Assembly: GCA_030390025.1 (NCBI GenBank)
Contig: JASTWF010000333.1
Span: 1 to 64,000 of the forward strand
Origin: Squalus acanthias
Lineage: Eukaryota
DNA: 64,000 nt
Direction of reading: 5' to 3'
The notes beneath the pieces were generated by a model. It was not told the origin of the DNA. It did no database searches and saw only the letters and a list, made by a program, of their open reading frames with translations. A program made the position numbers and the translations under genes. Shown one piece after another: positions 24,398 through 37,077 of this stretch; the stretch's first letter is position 1, and each line of letters begins with the position of its first letter.

Positions 24398-26929
24398 TGG
24401 AAGACTGAGGAGGGGAAGGAGTTCCAGCGTTTGAGGTCCTGAGGAAAAATAAGACTGTTACAGACATTAAAGCAAAAACAAAAAGCAAGGCCACCCTTGT
24501 CTGACGTGTTCATCCAATGGGCGAGGGTAGTGGTCAGAGACCTTGCTTTGAAGCCACGTCCTGCCGACGGCCGCTCACATAGAGCTTTGAAAACGAATGA
24601 GCTGGCTTTGACTTGGGAAGTTATTTCTAATGGTGACAGCCTTTGTTTACTTCCTGTTAAGCAGACTTTCCAAACCCTCCTACCTCACCAACCTTAATCA
24701 TGGACACATTCCAAATGTTACAGCCCTGTTGTGCACAGCAAAGTTGAGTCTGGCTGGAGTCACATGACTGTTTGTGTAGCACCAACAGTATGATTTGCTG
24801 TGGAGGTGAAGTGCCAGGAAATAAAGAGGCTTTTGAAGAGAGTTTTGCTGCTGCCAGTGTTAATTTTTGTATTGACCAGCCCTGGAAAGATCAGACAAGA
24901 GTCCAAAACTAAAACGTCACATTCTTTCCTCAACAGAAACATTTGGCAAGAGTAAAAATCAATATGGTGTCAGAGCAGTAAGAAACTGACCTTTTTGGCA
25001 TTCTATATTTACCACCCATGAAAACTTTATTCATTCAATTTTCCTCCCAGCCAACAGTTTCTGAGAATATCCAATAATGAAAACAGTTAGTCTGTGTTTG
25101 CAATTTTCATAGCTTTGGGTGTTTGGCTCCCATCCAGTCTCCTTGAACACCATTTGCAGAATTTGCAAAGTCGTTACCATAATTAAAATGTCCTCTTCAC
25201 CTCCTACTATAACGCATTTATCTGGAATGTCACCAAAATACAGCGGACCGCCCAACATCTGTTCAGATGTACCCCTGAAGTCATCTAACAGGAATCTTCT
25301 CGTCATGTTGGCAGGATATATATATAGGAACTGCTTAGTTCAAGTTCTAACAAAAACTAAAAGCAAATTAATAATGACTAACAACCTTCTTTGCAAATCC
25401 ACATGAGTCTTTTATGGGTGGCAAGCTATGGGTTCATTATATAGCTTATTCTGGTTGTTATGAGGTCATATGTAGTTCTTCATGCTAAGCTGATGATGGA
25501 ACAATAGCTCTACTCTATTCGATTTGGAGAATATGTCAGAGTCTAGACAGAGTCTATTCTGTCCTCACTAAACTTCCACACAGGCAACTAGATACCGATT
25601 CAGGAATGGAAGCCTTGGCTGAAGCCCTCATGACCGCGGATCAAGCCTGGCCTGTTCTGATCTGTTTACCTCAAAACCACATGGAGTGGAACTCACTGAG
25701 CCCACAAGTCTAGGGCCTTGAGATTACAGCATGGAATAACAATTTACACAGTTAAACATGCTCATCTGAAATTCTTTCTCGACTATAAATGGGTTGATAG
25801 CTTCACTAAAAACAGCAGATAGGAATTTCAGATGAATGAGTTAAACTTTCACGTGCTGGTATCTCATGGCCTATATTTGGAAACAAAGGATTTTAAAAAA
25901 GTCGTATTGAGACCGTTTCGAAACTCAGAATGCACCATTATTTGAATTTGACTTTGTTTCTATTAAAGTAAAACCCTCCACATCTCCCATCCATAAACGA
26001 GAGATATAATGGCTGCTACTAGCAAAATCACACATGCACGTATGTGGCATGTCTGGATTACACAAAATACTAGTGTTCTTCATTGGTGCACTGCATAGAG
26101 AAAAATGAACCCTTCAAGGTAATGACATGACTTACCAGTCTGTAACGTGAATGTACATATGTTATTACTAGATTGAAGATCAGCTAAGAACTTTAATCAT
26201 TCAGAATTACTATAGTTCATATGCGCATCAATTACTTATTAAATAATGCACTTTGATTTTACATCTAGGTGCTCAAGATTTCCTGAGTCCAAATACTTCC
26301 TGATATTATCATTCTACTGCATTCATTATTGAATCATTTTTCAACCACACAAAGTAGATGTACAGTAATAGCTCCAGCAATGTCTAGCAGCATGTCTGCC
26401 TCAGAGAGGGAACGTTCTATCAGATCACTAAAGTGATATTTAAACCCATACATTTAATTCATTGGCTGGATGTATATATATATATCACATCACCAAAATT
26501 GTGTTATCCCAGTTCTTTTGAGAGCAAGTAATCCCATGTTTCACCATTATCTCTGATGTAACTGAGTTAGGATAGTTCTTTGCAGGAGTGGCAGAGTGTC
26601 AGTAATGCATCTTCCATTGTACAGTCATCTGTACCCTCCAGGAGTGATTCTTATAAATTTTAAAAGCACTCGATGGTCAAAGTCAAAATGAAAACTGTAC
26701 TAATGCAGAGGAAAGGGAGAATGTGCTGGAAATGGAGGAAATACAAAATCAATTTCAGTGTTGTGGTCGAGCCTGTATCATCACAAGCAACAAATATGAA
26801 CTCCAGTGGGTCAGTTATCCCAGAAGCCCCATCTAGTAACCCTGGACTCAGTATGACGGAATGTAAGAGGACCAATTAATGAAGCTGATTCTCTGAATTA
26901 AAATTAGTAACAACTGGATTTTGTGTTCG

Positions 26930-27350
26930 CTTGACTCAGTTACCTTACCTTTGAGTCAGAAGGCTGTCAGTTTACGCCCCCACTGTGGATTTGAGCACAT
27001 GATTGAGGCTGCAGGGATACTGCATTGGTGGGGGTGCTGTCTTTTGGGTGAGACTTTAACTGCGCTGCCATCAGTGGGATGTAAAAGGTCCACTGTACTA
27101 TTTGAAGAAAAGCAGGGTGTTCTTCCTGTGTCCTGGCCGACTTCCCTTTCCTCCCTCAACCATGACCACCAAAAAAAAACAATGAACTGGTCATCCATCT
27201 CATTTGTTTTGTGGGAACTTGCTGCACACAAATCGACTCCGGCTTTTTGTTTACAGACCAGTGGAAGCATTTCAAAGTAATCCATTGGCTGTAAAGAGCT
27301 TTGGGACATCCTGAGATTGTGAAACGCCCTATATAAATGCAACCTTTTTC
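26930..27350 (+). mobile_element. Deu-domain SINE (degraded)
   Basis: TGAGTCAGAAGG head, GATGTAAAAGGTCC...CTATTTGAAGAAAAGCAGGG core, L2-like tail. Confidence 0.65.
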
Positions 27351-27453
27351 TTGTATAGTGATAATGCAAAAATCCTCTGTTCACACAAAGTATTTTATTA
27401 CCACACTCCTCCCTTTAGTCAGGTTAAAATTGTTTCACAGTTTCTGAAACGAA

Positions 27454-28292
27454 GGGCCGGATTTTGCCAGCCTGGGGAGGCGGGTTTGGAGGTGGGACTG
27501 CCGGGAAAATGGCAGAATCTGGGGGCGGGTGCCCATCCCGCCCCCAACCCACCTCCGTGCCATCTTGCCAGGAGGCAGGTAGCCGACCCGCGCCGGGTCC
27601 CGTCTCCTTGGAGGTGGGAAGGGGATTACAGCCACTTAACTGCCTGTTAACAGAGCAGGCAGATAAGAGGGTTATCCCCATTTTACCCACACAAGTGCGG
27701 GCTTCCCGAAGGCTGCAAACCCCGCTAGGGTCACCAAGGCGAGCAGTGGGTCTGCGGGGGTCGGGGGGGTGCAAAAGTGCGCTGTGAAGGTAAGTGATGG
27801 GTACAAGTGTGGTGAGGTGAGTATGTGAGGTAAGTGGAAAGTGTTAGAAAAAGTTTACTTACCTTTGTTTCTTCCTGCAGGCTTCAAGAGTTGGGGATGC
27901 GGAGAGTCTCGCATCTCCGCGGCAGAGATGACAGATGGCCACTGCATTCTCCAATGCAACAACCATCTAATTCCTGCTAAAGAAAGAGGTTTGATGAGTC
28001 TTGAATACAAGGACTCACCAAACAACAGAGAATGTCAGTGTTTGACAGCTTCACAGAGCTGTCAAACGATGATAATTCATCTGTCAAAAATTTTTGACAG
28101 ATGAAACGTCATACGCTGACGTTCTCTGTAACAGGCTTCCCCTTAATTGTCCTGCTAAGCCTGCTGGGTGGGCTTAACAAGGTCAATCAAGGGAAAATAG
28201 CATGGGTTGGCCAGAAGTTGATGGAGGCGGGACTAAAACCCAACAAGTGGGAGTCCCGCCTCCAAAAGCTCCCCATTGGCAAAATCCAGCCC
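27454..28292 (+). mobile_element. Non-autonomous TIR element (about 840 bp), same family as 44679-45534
   Basis: 16-bp TIRs GGGCCGGATTTTGCCA and rc GGGCTGGATTTTGCCA; collinear with 44679-45534. Confidence 0.9.
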
Positions 28293-28299
28293 AAGGTGT

Positions 28300-29007
28300 T
28301 ATAAGGGCAGATGACCAAAAGCTTGATCAAAGAGGTAAGGCAGTTAAGGAGCATCTTAAAGGAGGAGAGAGAGGTTGGAAGGTGGAGAGGCTTCAGGAGG
28401 GAATTCCAGAGCTTAGGGCCAAGGCTGCTGAAGGCACGGCCACCAATGGTTGAGCGATTAAAATCGGTGATGCGCAAGATGCCAGAATTGGAGGAGCGCA
28501 GAGTTCTCAAAGGCTTGTGAGGCTCGAGGAGGTTACAGAGATAGGGAGGGGCGAGGCCATGGAGGGGTTTGAAAACAAGGATGAGAATTTTAAAATTAAG
28601 GCGTGGCCAGACTGGAAGCCAATGTAGGTCAGCGAGCACAGGGATGATGGGTGAACGGGACTTGTTGCTAGTTAGGATACGGGAAGTGGAGCTTTGGCTG
28701 AGCTCAAGTGTTTGGAGACTGAAAGATGGGAGGTCGGCCAGGAGAGCATTGGAATAGTCAAGTCTAGAGGTAACAAAGGCATGGATGAGGGTTTCAGCAG
28801 CAGATGAGCTGAGGCAGGGGTGGAGTCGGGCGATGTTACTGTGGTGAAAGTAGGCGGTCTTAGTGATGCTGCGGATATGTGGTCGGAAGCTCCTCCAGGG
28901 CCAAATACGACACCAAGGTTGCGAACAGTGTGGTTCAGCCTCAGACAATTGCCAGGGAGAGGGGTGGAGTCAGTGGCTAGGGAAAGGAGTTTGTGGTGGG
29001 GACTGAA
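28300..29007 (-). mobile_element. L2 LINE fragment
   Basis: ORF 28187-28948 (AETLIHAFVTSRLDYSNALL...LADLHWLPV). Confidence 0.9.
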
Positions 29008-29155
29008 CTGACTCCTTGCTGTGGTTTGATTACACAGCAATCTGCTGCCCTCAACACCTCATCCAAGTGGTTATGGAAAACCTAGCCACTCCCAAAGAGT
29101 TAAAAGTTACACATGTGGCTCAGGGAATCAGTGTAAACCATCTGTATTGCCCAAT

Positions 29156-29335
29156 GGGGTAAATTTTCACCTTCACCCCCGGGCAACAGCCTAGTGGAGC
29201 ACATCACCCACCCTTTGTAGAATCCACCCAGATTTCATCCCATTGAAGTCATTGGCAAGAAAATTGGGCAGGTTCTACAATGGGTGGGCAAAATACTCTG
29301 CCAGATTGTGCCCAGGCAGTGAAGGTGAACCTTAT
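29156..29335. mobile_element. Hairpin MITE
   Basis: Starts GGGGTAAATTTT; arms TTCACCTTCAC/GTGAAGGTGAA and TTGTAGAA/TTCTACAA around a central CCCATTGAAGTCATTGG. Confidence 0.6.
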
Positions 29336-29710
29336 GTACTGTTGTACGCTGTCAGTAAATACAGTTTCTCTTGGTAATCAATTTTTTAATTTATGTAGTG
29401 TGAGCCTGCCACAATCCATCAACATGTTTTGTCAGATAATGGACACAAAACTAACAGATGCACCATTTAACTCATTTAGCCATAAAAATTGTTTGATGGG
29501 ATAGCTGTAGAGAGGAAAAACCCTCACTGCTGTGATGTCCCCACCACAATCTCCTTTTCTTAGCCACTGATTCCACCCCTCTCCCTGGCAACTGTCTGAG
29601 GCTGAACCACACTGTTCGCAACCTTGGTGTCGTATTTGACCCCGGAGGAGCTTCTGACTAAGTATCCGCAGCATCACTAAGACCACCTACTTTCACCACC
29701 GTAACACTGC

Positions 29711-32700
29711 ACTGTTGCCAGGAAGCTCATACGTTTCGACATTGACATCGCCGCCCTAAGCAAGACCCGGCGGGCAGGGGAAGGCCAGCTCAAGGAGGAA
29801 GGCGGTGGTTACACCTTCTTCTGGAAAGGTAAACCTGAAGAAGAACGCCGCCTCCATGGGGTAGGCTTCGCCATAAAAAATGAGCTAGTTGATCGTCTCA
29901 GAGACTCCCCTTGTGGAATAAACGAACGCCTCATGACTCTACAGCTCACCCTAGCCCGGAACCAGTGCGCTACGGTCATCAGTGCGTACTCCCCAACAAT
30001 GGAAGCCACAGACAAGACCAAAGAGGAATTCTACTCCAGCGTCGAACAATCCCTGTCCCGAGTCCCAACGGGTGACAAGCTGATCCTCCTTGGCGAATTC
30101 AACGCCAGAGTTGGAAAGGACACAGACCTCTGGGGAGGTGTGATCGGCAGAGAGGGGGTAGGGAAAGCCAACTCCAACAGTACCCTCCTCCTGACGAAAT
30201 GCTTAGAACATGGCCTTGTCATAACCAACACCCTGTTCCGTCAGAGAGACAAGTACAAGGCTTCATGGCAATACCCTCGCTCCAAGCACTGGCATCTCCT
30301 GGACTACGTCATTGTCCGAGCGAGGGACTGCAAGGACGTCCGCATCACCTGCGCCATGACAGGAGCTGATGACTGCTGGATAGACCACCGCCTAATCCGC
30401 TCTGTCATCTCCATCAATGTAGCCCCAAAACAGCGGTGGCAACAGAAACAATGCCGCAGGAAAATCAACGCTGGAGCACTCAAAGACCCTGCTAAGAAAG
30501 CCCTATTCAGCCTGCGCCTCACAATCAACCCGACGACTCCCAGTGATTCAGAGACACAGAGTGCCCACAGCGCCTGGTCTGCACTCAAGGCCTCCATAAT
30601 CAGCACCTGTGAAGAGACGCTCGGTCACTCGACCAGGAAACACCAAGACTGGTTCGACGAGAACGACCAGGAGATCCAGGAGCTAATAAGCCGCAAGCAC
30701 AAGGCATTCCTGATCTGGAAACAGCAACAGAACTCGAGAGCAAGAAAGCAGCTCTACAGACGCCTGAAGGCCGAGGTCCAACAAAAAACTCGTGACCTAA
30801 AGAACAGATGGTGGATGGAGAAAGCGCAGGAGATCCAGCAGCTAGCTGACAACCACGACGTGCGTGGATTTTTTAACGCAGTCAAGACCACCTACGGCCC
30901 AAGCACCCAAGGTCCTACCCCACTGCGGGCCAAGAACGAAGAGGTACTCATCAAGGACAGAGAGGCAGTCAGTGCCCGCTGGAAGGAGCACTTCGAACAT
31001 CTTCTTAACCGAGACACTGTCTTCAATGCGAGTGTCCTCAACTCCATCCCGCAGCATGCTACCCGCCACCACCTCAGCACAACCCCAGCCCGGCATGTGG
31101 TTGAAAAGGCCATCCGACAACTGAAGAACAAGAAGGCCTCAGGAGCAGATGGAATCCCTGCCAAGGTGCTGAAACATGGCGGAGAAGCACGATTGGCGTG
31201 AATTCATGAACTCATTTCTCTTATTTGGAAGGAGGAGGGCATGCCAGGGGATCTCAGAGATGCTGTAATCGTGACCATCTTCAAGAAAGGTGACAAGTCT
31301 GATTGCGGTAATTACAGAGGAGCCTCCCTGCTGTCTGCCACAGGGAAAGTCATCGCAAGAATCCTCCTCAATCGCCTTCTCCCAGTGGCTGAAGAGTTCC
31401 TCCCAGAGTCGCAATGTGGATTCTGCCCACTAAGGGGCACAATGGACATGATCTTCACCGCGCGTCAACTGCAAGAGAAATGCAGGGAACAGCACCAACC
31501 GCCGTACATGGCCTTCTTTGACCTCACAAAGGCCTTTGACACCGTCAATCGTGAGGGATTATGGAGTGTCCTCCTCAAATTCGGCTGCCCTCAAAAGTTT
31601 GTCACCATCCTCCGCCTGCTTCACGACGACATGCAAGCCGTGATCCTGACCAACGGATCTACCACAGACCCAATTCATGTACGGACTGGGGTCAAGCACG
31701 GCTGTGTCATCGCACCAACGCTCTTCTCGATCTTCCTGGCTGCAATGTTCCATCTCACCCTCAGTAATCTCCCCGCTGGAGTGGAGCTAATTTACAGAAC
31801 AAACGGGAAACTGTTCAACCTCCGTCGCCTCCAGTCCAGATCCAAGGTCATCCCATCCTCTGTCATCGAATTACAGTATGCAGACGACGCTTGCATCTGC
31901 GCACACTCTGAGGCCGAACTCCAAACCATTGTCAACACCTTCACTGAAGCGTACGAGAGCATGGGCCTTACACTAAACATCTGTAAGACAAAGGTCCTCT
32001 ACCAACCTGCCCCTGCCACACAGTACTGCTCCCCGATTAACAAAATCCATGACGAGGCATTGGACAACGTGGACCACTTTCCATACCTCGAGAGCCTACT
32101 GTCAACAAGGGCAGACGTTGATGACAAAGTCCAACACCACCTTCAGTGTACCAGTGCAGCCTTCGGTCGCCTGAGGAAGAGAGTGTTTGAAGACCAGGAC
32201 CTCAAACCCAGCACCAAGATCATGGTCTATGTCTCTGAAGCATACAAGAGGGCGGGTATCACTACAGCTGATACCCGCCCTCTTGTATGCTTCAGAGACA
32301 TAGACCATGTACAGCAGGCACCTCAAAGCACTGGAGAGGTACCACCAACGCTGCCTCCGCAAGATCCTGCAAATCCATTGGCAGGATAGGCGCACTGACG
32401 TCAGTGTTCTCGCTTAGGCCAACATCCCCAGCATCGAAGCTTTGACCATGCTCGATCAGCTCCGATGGACGGGTCACATTGTCCGCATGCCCGATACGAG
32501 ACTCCCAAAACAAGCGCTCTACTTGGAGCTCCGACATGGCAAGAGAGCCCCAGGTGGGCAGAGGAAACGCTTCAAGGACACCCTCAAAGCCTCCTTGAAA
32601 AAGTGCAACATCCCCACCAACACCTGGGAATCCCTGGCCCAAGACCGCACAAAGTGGAGGAGAAGCATCCGGGAAGGCGCCGAACACCTCGGGTCTCTTC

Positions 32701-32852
32701 GCCGGGAGCAAGCGGAAGCCAAGCGCAGGCAGCGCAAGGAGCGCACGTCAACCCAAGCACCCCACCCATGCGCCCCTTCAACCACTGTCTGCCCCACCCG
32801 TGACTGTAGGTCCCGCATTGGACTCATCAGTCACCTGAGAACTCATTTTTAG
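29711..32852 (+). pseudogene. RTE APE-endonuclease/reverse transcriptase ORF, disrupted
   Basis: IDIAALSKTR, ISAYSPT, LGEFNARVG, HLLDYVIVR (APE); NYRGASLLS, FFDLTKAFDTV, GVKHGCVIAP, LQYADD (RT); C-terminal CPTRDC...HLRTH. In-frame TGA at 31199-31201, +1 frameshift at 32230-32269, further stops downstream. Confidence 0.92.
32221..32309. repeat. Perfect 41-bp inverted repeat, 7-nt spacer
   Basis: 32221-32261 is the exact reverse complement of 32269-32309. Confidence 0.95.
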
Positions 32853-34117
32853 TGTGGAATCAGGTCATCCTCGGTTCCAAGGGACTGCCTAAGAAGAGAG
32901 GAAAAACCGTCACTGCTGTGTGTCTAGAGCCATAACTGAAAGTCCCAGTTAGCTCATAAAATGAGTAAATTAATTGTCCAAGAGTTACTGCAATAAACAA
33001 GATACACAAGGGGAGATTTTAACTGTGGGGTGACCTGGAACTTCCATACTGCACATTATAGATTGCTGACTTCTCAACCTTTTTTTTTTAACTCTGACCA
33101 CTTCCAAACCATTGGCCAGAGAGTAAAGGAGAGAAAAAACAGCATGGAAAATCCAAAGTTCACCTTTCCCTCTTTTCATCCTTATGGTTTGCATCTTACT
33201 TAGCCTTCTAGCCCAGGAGTACATGGACTCCTTTTCACCTACTGTGTATCCTGAAATGTTAGGCAGCACCAGCATCTGTTACGCTTTGAAATCATAATGC
33301 TTATACTTTCTACCTTAAAGTCCATTATTTCTGAATTCAGTTGTGCACTGACGCTACAGTGTTTAGCTTGTACTCCCATATCAGAATGCTTGTTATGTAT
33401 ATTCCGTATATTTACACCTATTTACTGGTAATATTCATTGTGCGAATATTGTAAATACTAAATACTGTGTAATGAAGATCACAGTTAGAAATATGTTCAC
33501 AACAAATACAAATCAGGGAGAACAACATTTTACACAATTTTAAGTATTCCCACAAACCTACTGACTCTTTCAAAGTTCATTTTAAAGTATTTCAATTTTT
33601 AAAATTTATTAAAAATAATCTTGCTCAGTTGAACAGTCTCTGCTGCTATTCTATGACCAGTGAACTTACACTGAGCTTGTCAAATTTGTTGAATTTGCAC
33701 AACCTCTCTCCAATGAAACCTTTCTTGTCTCCATTTTATCAATGCAAGTAAGATCAGTGCTCCTCTGAATTATCCACTATTGTTCCTCCTAAGTTACAAA
33801 TATGTTGTCCTACACGCGTCATCCCTTCATGTATCCTCACTGTATTGATATCAAGACTCAACACACCTACTCCTACTTGACCCCACTCCTTCCCAGGATC
33901 TTAAACTGTGAAACTCCTTACCTCCCTTTGGTCTTTAAAAGCCTACTATAAAAGGCTTTTAAAACCATGCTTGGTGTTTCTTAAAATTATTTCATGATTT
34001 GTCTCGTCTATTTTTTTCCAACCTTGGTGGTGTCCTACACATAGAATAAGAAAGGCTTGCATTTATGTAACACTTTATCATGTCTCTCGGAAATTTCACA
34101 AAGTACCTTGTGCACAT

Positions 34118-34645
34118 TAACAACTTACATTTATATAGCGCCTTTAACATGGTAAAATGTCCCAAAGTGCTTCACAGGAGCGTTATCAAATAAAATTTGA
34201 CACCGAGTCACATAAGAAGATATTATGAGCTGGCCAAAGAGGTAGATTTTAAGGAGCGTCTTAAAGGAGGAGAGAGAGGTAGAGAGGTTTAGTGAGAGAA
34301 TTCCAGAGGTTAGGGCCCAGGCAGCTGAAGGCACGGCCGCCAATGGTGGAGCGATGAAAATCGGGGATGCGCAAGAGTCCAGAATTGGAGGAATGCCGAG
34401 ATCTTGGAGGGTTGTAGGGCTAGAGTTGGTTACAGAGTTAGGGAGGGGTGGGCGAGGCCATGGAAGATTTGAAAACAAGGATGAGAATTTTTAAATTGAG
34501 GCTTTGCTGGATCGGGAGCCAATGTAGATCAGCGAGCACAGGGGTGATGGGTGAACGGGACTTGGTGCGAGTTAGGATACGGGCAGCAGAGTTTTGGATG
34601 AGCTCAAGTTTACTGAGGGTGCAAGGTGGGAGGCCATCCAGGAGG
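34118..34645 (-). mobile_element. L2 LINE 3' fragment
   Basis: Homologous to 61335-61885. Confidence 0.88.
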
Positions 34646-34707
34646 AATACAATGAATTACAGTGATTTCTAAAATGTAGGCAAATATACTTTTCACATCA
34701 CAACACA

Positions 34708-35843
34708 ATAGCAAAATACTGCGGATGCTGGAAATCTGAAATAACAACAGACTGTGCTGGAAACACTCAGCAGGTCAGGCAGCATCGAGGAGAGAGAAAC
34801 AGAGTCCACGTTTCGGGTCCAACCGTTCGTCAGAACTGGAAAAGGTTAGGGAAGAGATTGTTAAGCTGGGGCAGGGAGCAGGGGAGGAAAGAACAAAGGG
34901 AAGGTCTGTGATAGGATGGAAGGCAGGAGAGATTGAATGACAAAAGGGATGATAGTGCAAGGCAAAAAGAGAGGTAATGGGACAAGTTAAGAAACAAAAG
35001 ATGGCTCTAGATGATGTGTGGATGATGATGGCAGCAACATTAACAGCTACTATGTGAGGAAACAAGAGAAAAAAAAAGAAAGAAATACATGGGCCAATAT
35101 ATAGTCTGAAATTGTTGAACTCGATGTTAAGTCCAGAAGGCTGTAAAGTGCCTAATAGAAAGATGAGGTGCTGTTCCTCGAGCTTACGTTGAGCTTCATT
35201 GGAACAATGTAAGAGGCCGAGGACGGAGAGATCAGAGTGGGAGTGGGGCGGAGAATAAAAGTGACAGGCGACCGGAAGCTTGGGGTCACGCTTGCGGACT
35301 GAACGGAGGTGTTCCGCAAAGCGGTCACCCAATCTGTGTTTGGTCTCCCCAATGTAGAAGAGACCACATCGTGAGCAGCGAATACAGTATACTAAATTGT
35401 AAGAAGTACAAGTAAGTCGCTGTTTCATCTGGAAGGAGTGTTTGGGGCCCTGGACAGTGGGAAGGGAGGAGGTAAAAGGGCAGGTGTTGCATCTCCTACG
35501 CTTGCATGGGAAGGTGCCGAGCGAAGGGCAAGGGGTGTTGGGGGTGATAGAGCAGTGGACCAGAGTGTCGCGGAGGGAGCAGTCCCTTCAGAATGCTGAA
35601 GGGGGTGGGGGAGGGGAAAATGTGGTGGTGGGATCACGCTGGAGGTTGCGGAAATGGCGCAGGATGATCCATTGAATGTGGAGGCTGGTGGGGTGAAAGG
35701 TGAGGACAAGGGGAACCCTATCATGGTTCTGGGAGGGAGGGGAAGAGGTGAGAGCAGAAGTGCAGGAAATTGAACGGACAAGGTCGAGGGCCATGTCAAC
35801 CACGGTAGAGGGAAATTCTCGGTTGAGGAAAAAGGAAGACATA
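34708..35843 (-). mobile_element. Penelope-like element 3' portion (GIY-YIG endonuclease and terminal repeat)
   Basis: ORF 34775-35428: TCTSYNLVYCIRCSRCGLFYIGETKHRLGDRFAEHL...PVACHF...LEEQHLIFLLGTLQPSGLN; upstream RVPLVLTFHP; terminal repeat 34710-34840. Confidence 0.9.
34803..34837 (-). ncRNA. Degenerate minimal hammerhead motif in the Penelope terminal repeat
   Basis: - strand AGTT-CTGACGA-A-CGGTTGGACCC-GAAA-CG-TG-GACT; G at the cleavage position and a stem II mismatch suggest inactivity. Confidence 0.5.
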
Positions 35844-35874
35844 CTTTACACATCAGCATCCTATAAATTGCAGT

Positions 35875-36482
35875 AAATAAAGACCTTCCCTTAACATAGC
35901 ACCATTTACACCCTCAGGATATTCTGAAGTGCTTTACAGCCATTGAATTATGCAAAGTAGTCATTGTTGTTTTGTAGACAAACACAGTAACTAATCTGCA
36001 CAGCAATATCCCACAAACAACAATGAGATGAATAATCAATTGATCTGTTTTAGGTGGTGTTGTTTGAAGAATGAATGCTAACCATGACAATTACCGTAGT
36101 CTTATTCAAATAGTGCAATGAGCACCAGTAATGCCCGGACTTCTCCTGCTTGTCCACTGTAACTTCGGCAGAACCACCGGAGAAACAGCATAAATGGACA
36201 TTTATAGCATTTTCCAGGGTTTCCAGTGATCTTTCACCAAAGTTACGGTGGGAGATCAAGGAAATTCCCATGGAAGTTCTACCCTAGGTTCGTTAACAGC
36301 CATCTGAACCACCAAATCAGATGGATGTAACATGATCAAACAGTGTAAAATCTCATCTGACAGGAGGCTTTCCAATGATGCAGCACTGCCTCAGGAGTCG
36401 CAGCCTAGATTGAGTCTGCTCAAGTCTTTGGTGTGGGGCCTAACGAGTACATTTCGATGCTACCAGCTGAACCGGGCTGATA
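35875..36482 (-). mobile_element. Deu-domain SINE interrupted by a hairpin MITE (about 36133-36284)
   Basis: Homologous to 55781-56246 at 35875-36120 and 36290-36480; internal arms CTGTAACTTCGG/CCAAAGTTACGG ending AAGTTCTACCC. Confidence 0.6.
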
Positions 36483-37077
36483 ACCAAGTTTTTAAATTTT
36501 GCAAAAGTTCATGCACCAATATCACATACGCAATTCAGTAAAGCCGTCTATTTCAGAAAACATTTCCCTCCAGATAGAGAAGGATAAATATCTAACAGCA
36601 ACTATAAGGCTGTAAGTTTGTTCCAATTTCATCTGTGATTAGTTTGTTTAGCTGGGGTTTACTGTACCAGATCCATTTCCCACTGACAAGAATAATCCTT
36701 CTCCTCTCTTCCTTCCCCATCACACATGCTAGAGATATATCTTGGCAGATATTGTTTACAATTTTAAAATTACAAACAACACAGCACACACGGCCATCCA
36801 ATATTAATAGACTTTTCCTTGCATCTAAACGTGCTTCAATTCCTGTATGTTCAACTTCCTTTTTTAAATTCAGAAGCTTTGATTTTTTAGATTGCATTAC
36901 TTTATTACACCCTTTAGGGATAAGGTTAAAAAAAAGACATATCTATTTGCTTTCCTAATACATTCTTATTAGCATTTTATTAAAAGTAAAACCTTCTTGT
37001 GAACTAAAGCTACAACTTAAAAGTATTTCCTTGAAGGAGGCAATATATATACATCAGGGCTATTCATCAACTTTTTC

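Larger units (their letters stand above)
29535..32894 (+). mobile_element. RTE-clade LINE insertion (near full length) with captured 5' L2 fragment
   Basis: 26-bp TSD AGAGAGGAAAAACCSTCACTGCTGTG (29509-29534, 32895-32920; 1 mismatch); 3' end GGGACTGCCTAAGA. Confidence 0.9.

Noticed and set aside
24760..26879. Short ORFs in unique sequence (25031-25306, 26660-26879) as host exons
   Set aside because: No recognisable homology or convincing splice-site pairs.
27451..28295. 3-bp TSD for the element at 27454-28292
   Set aside because: Flanks read GAA and AAG; a match needs a one-base shift, so it was not counted.
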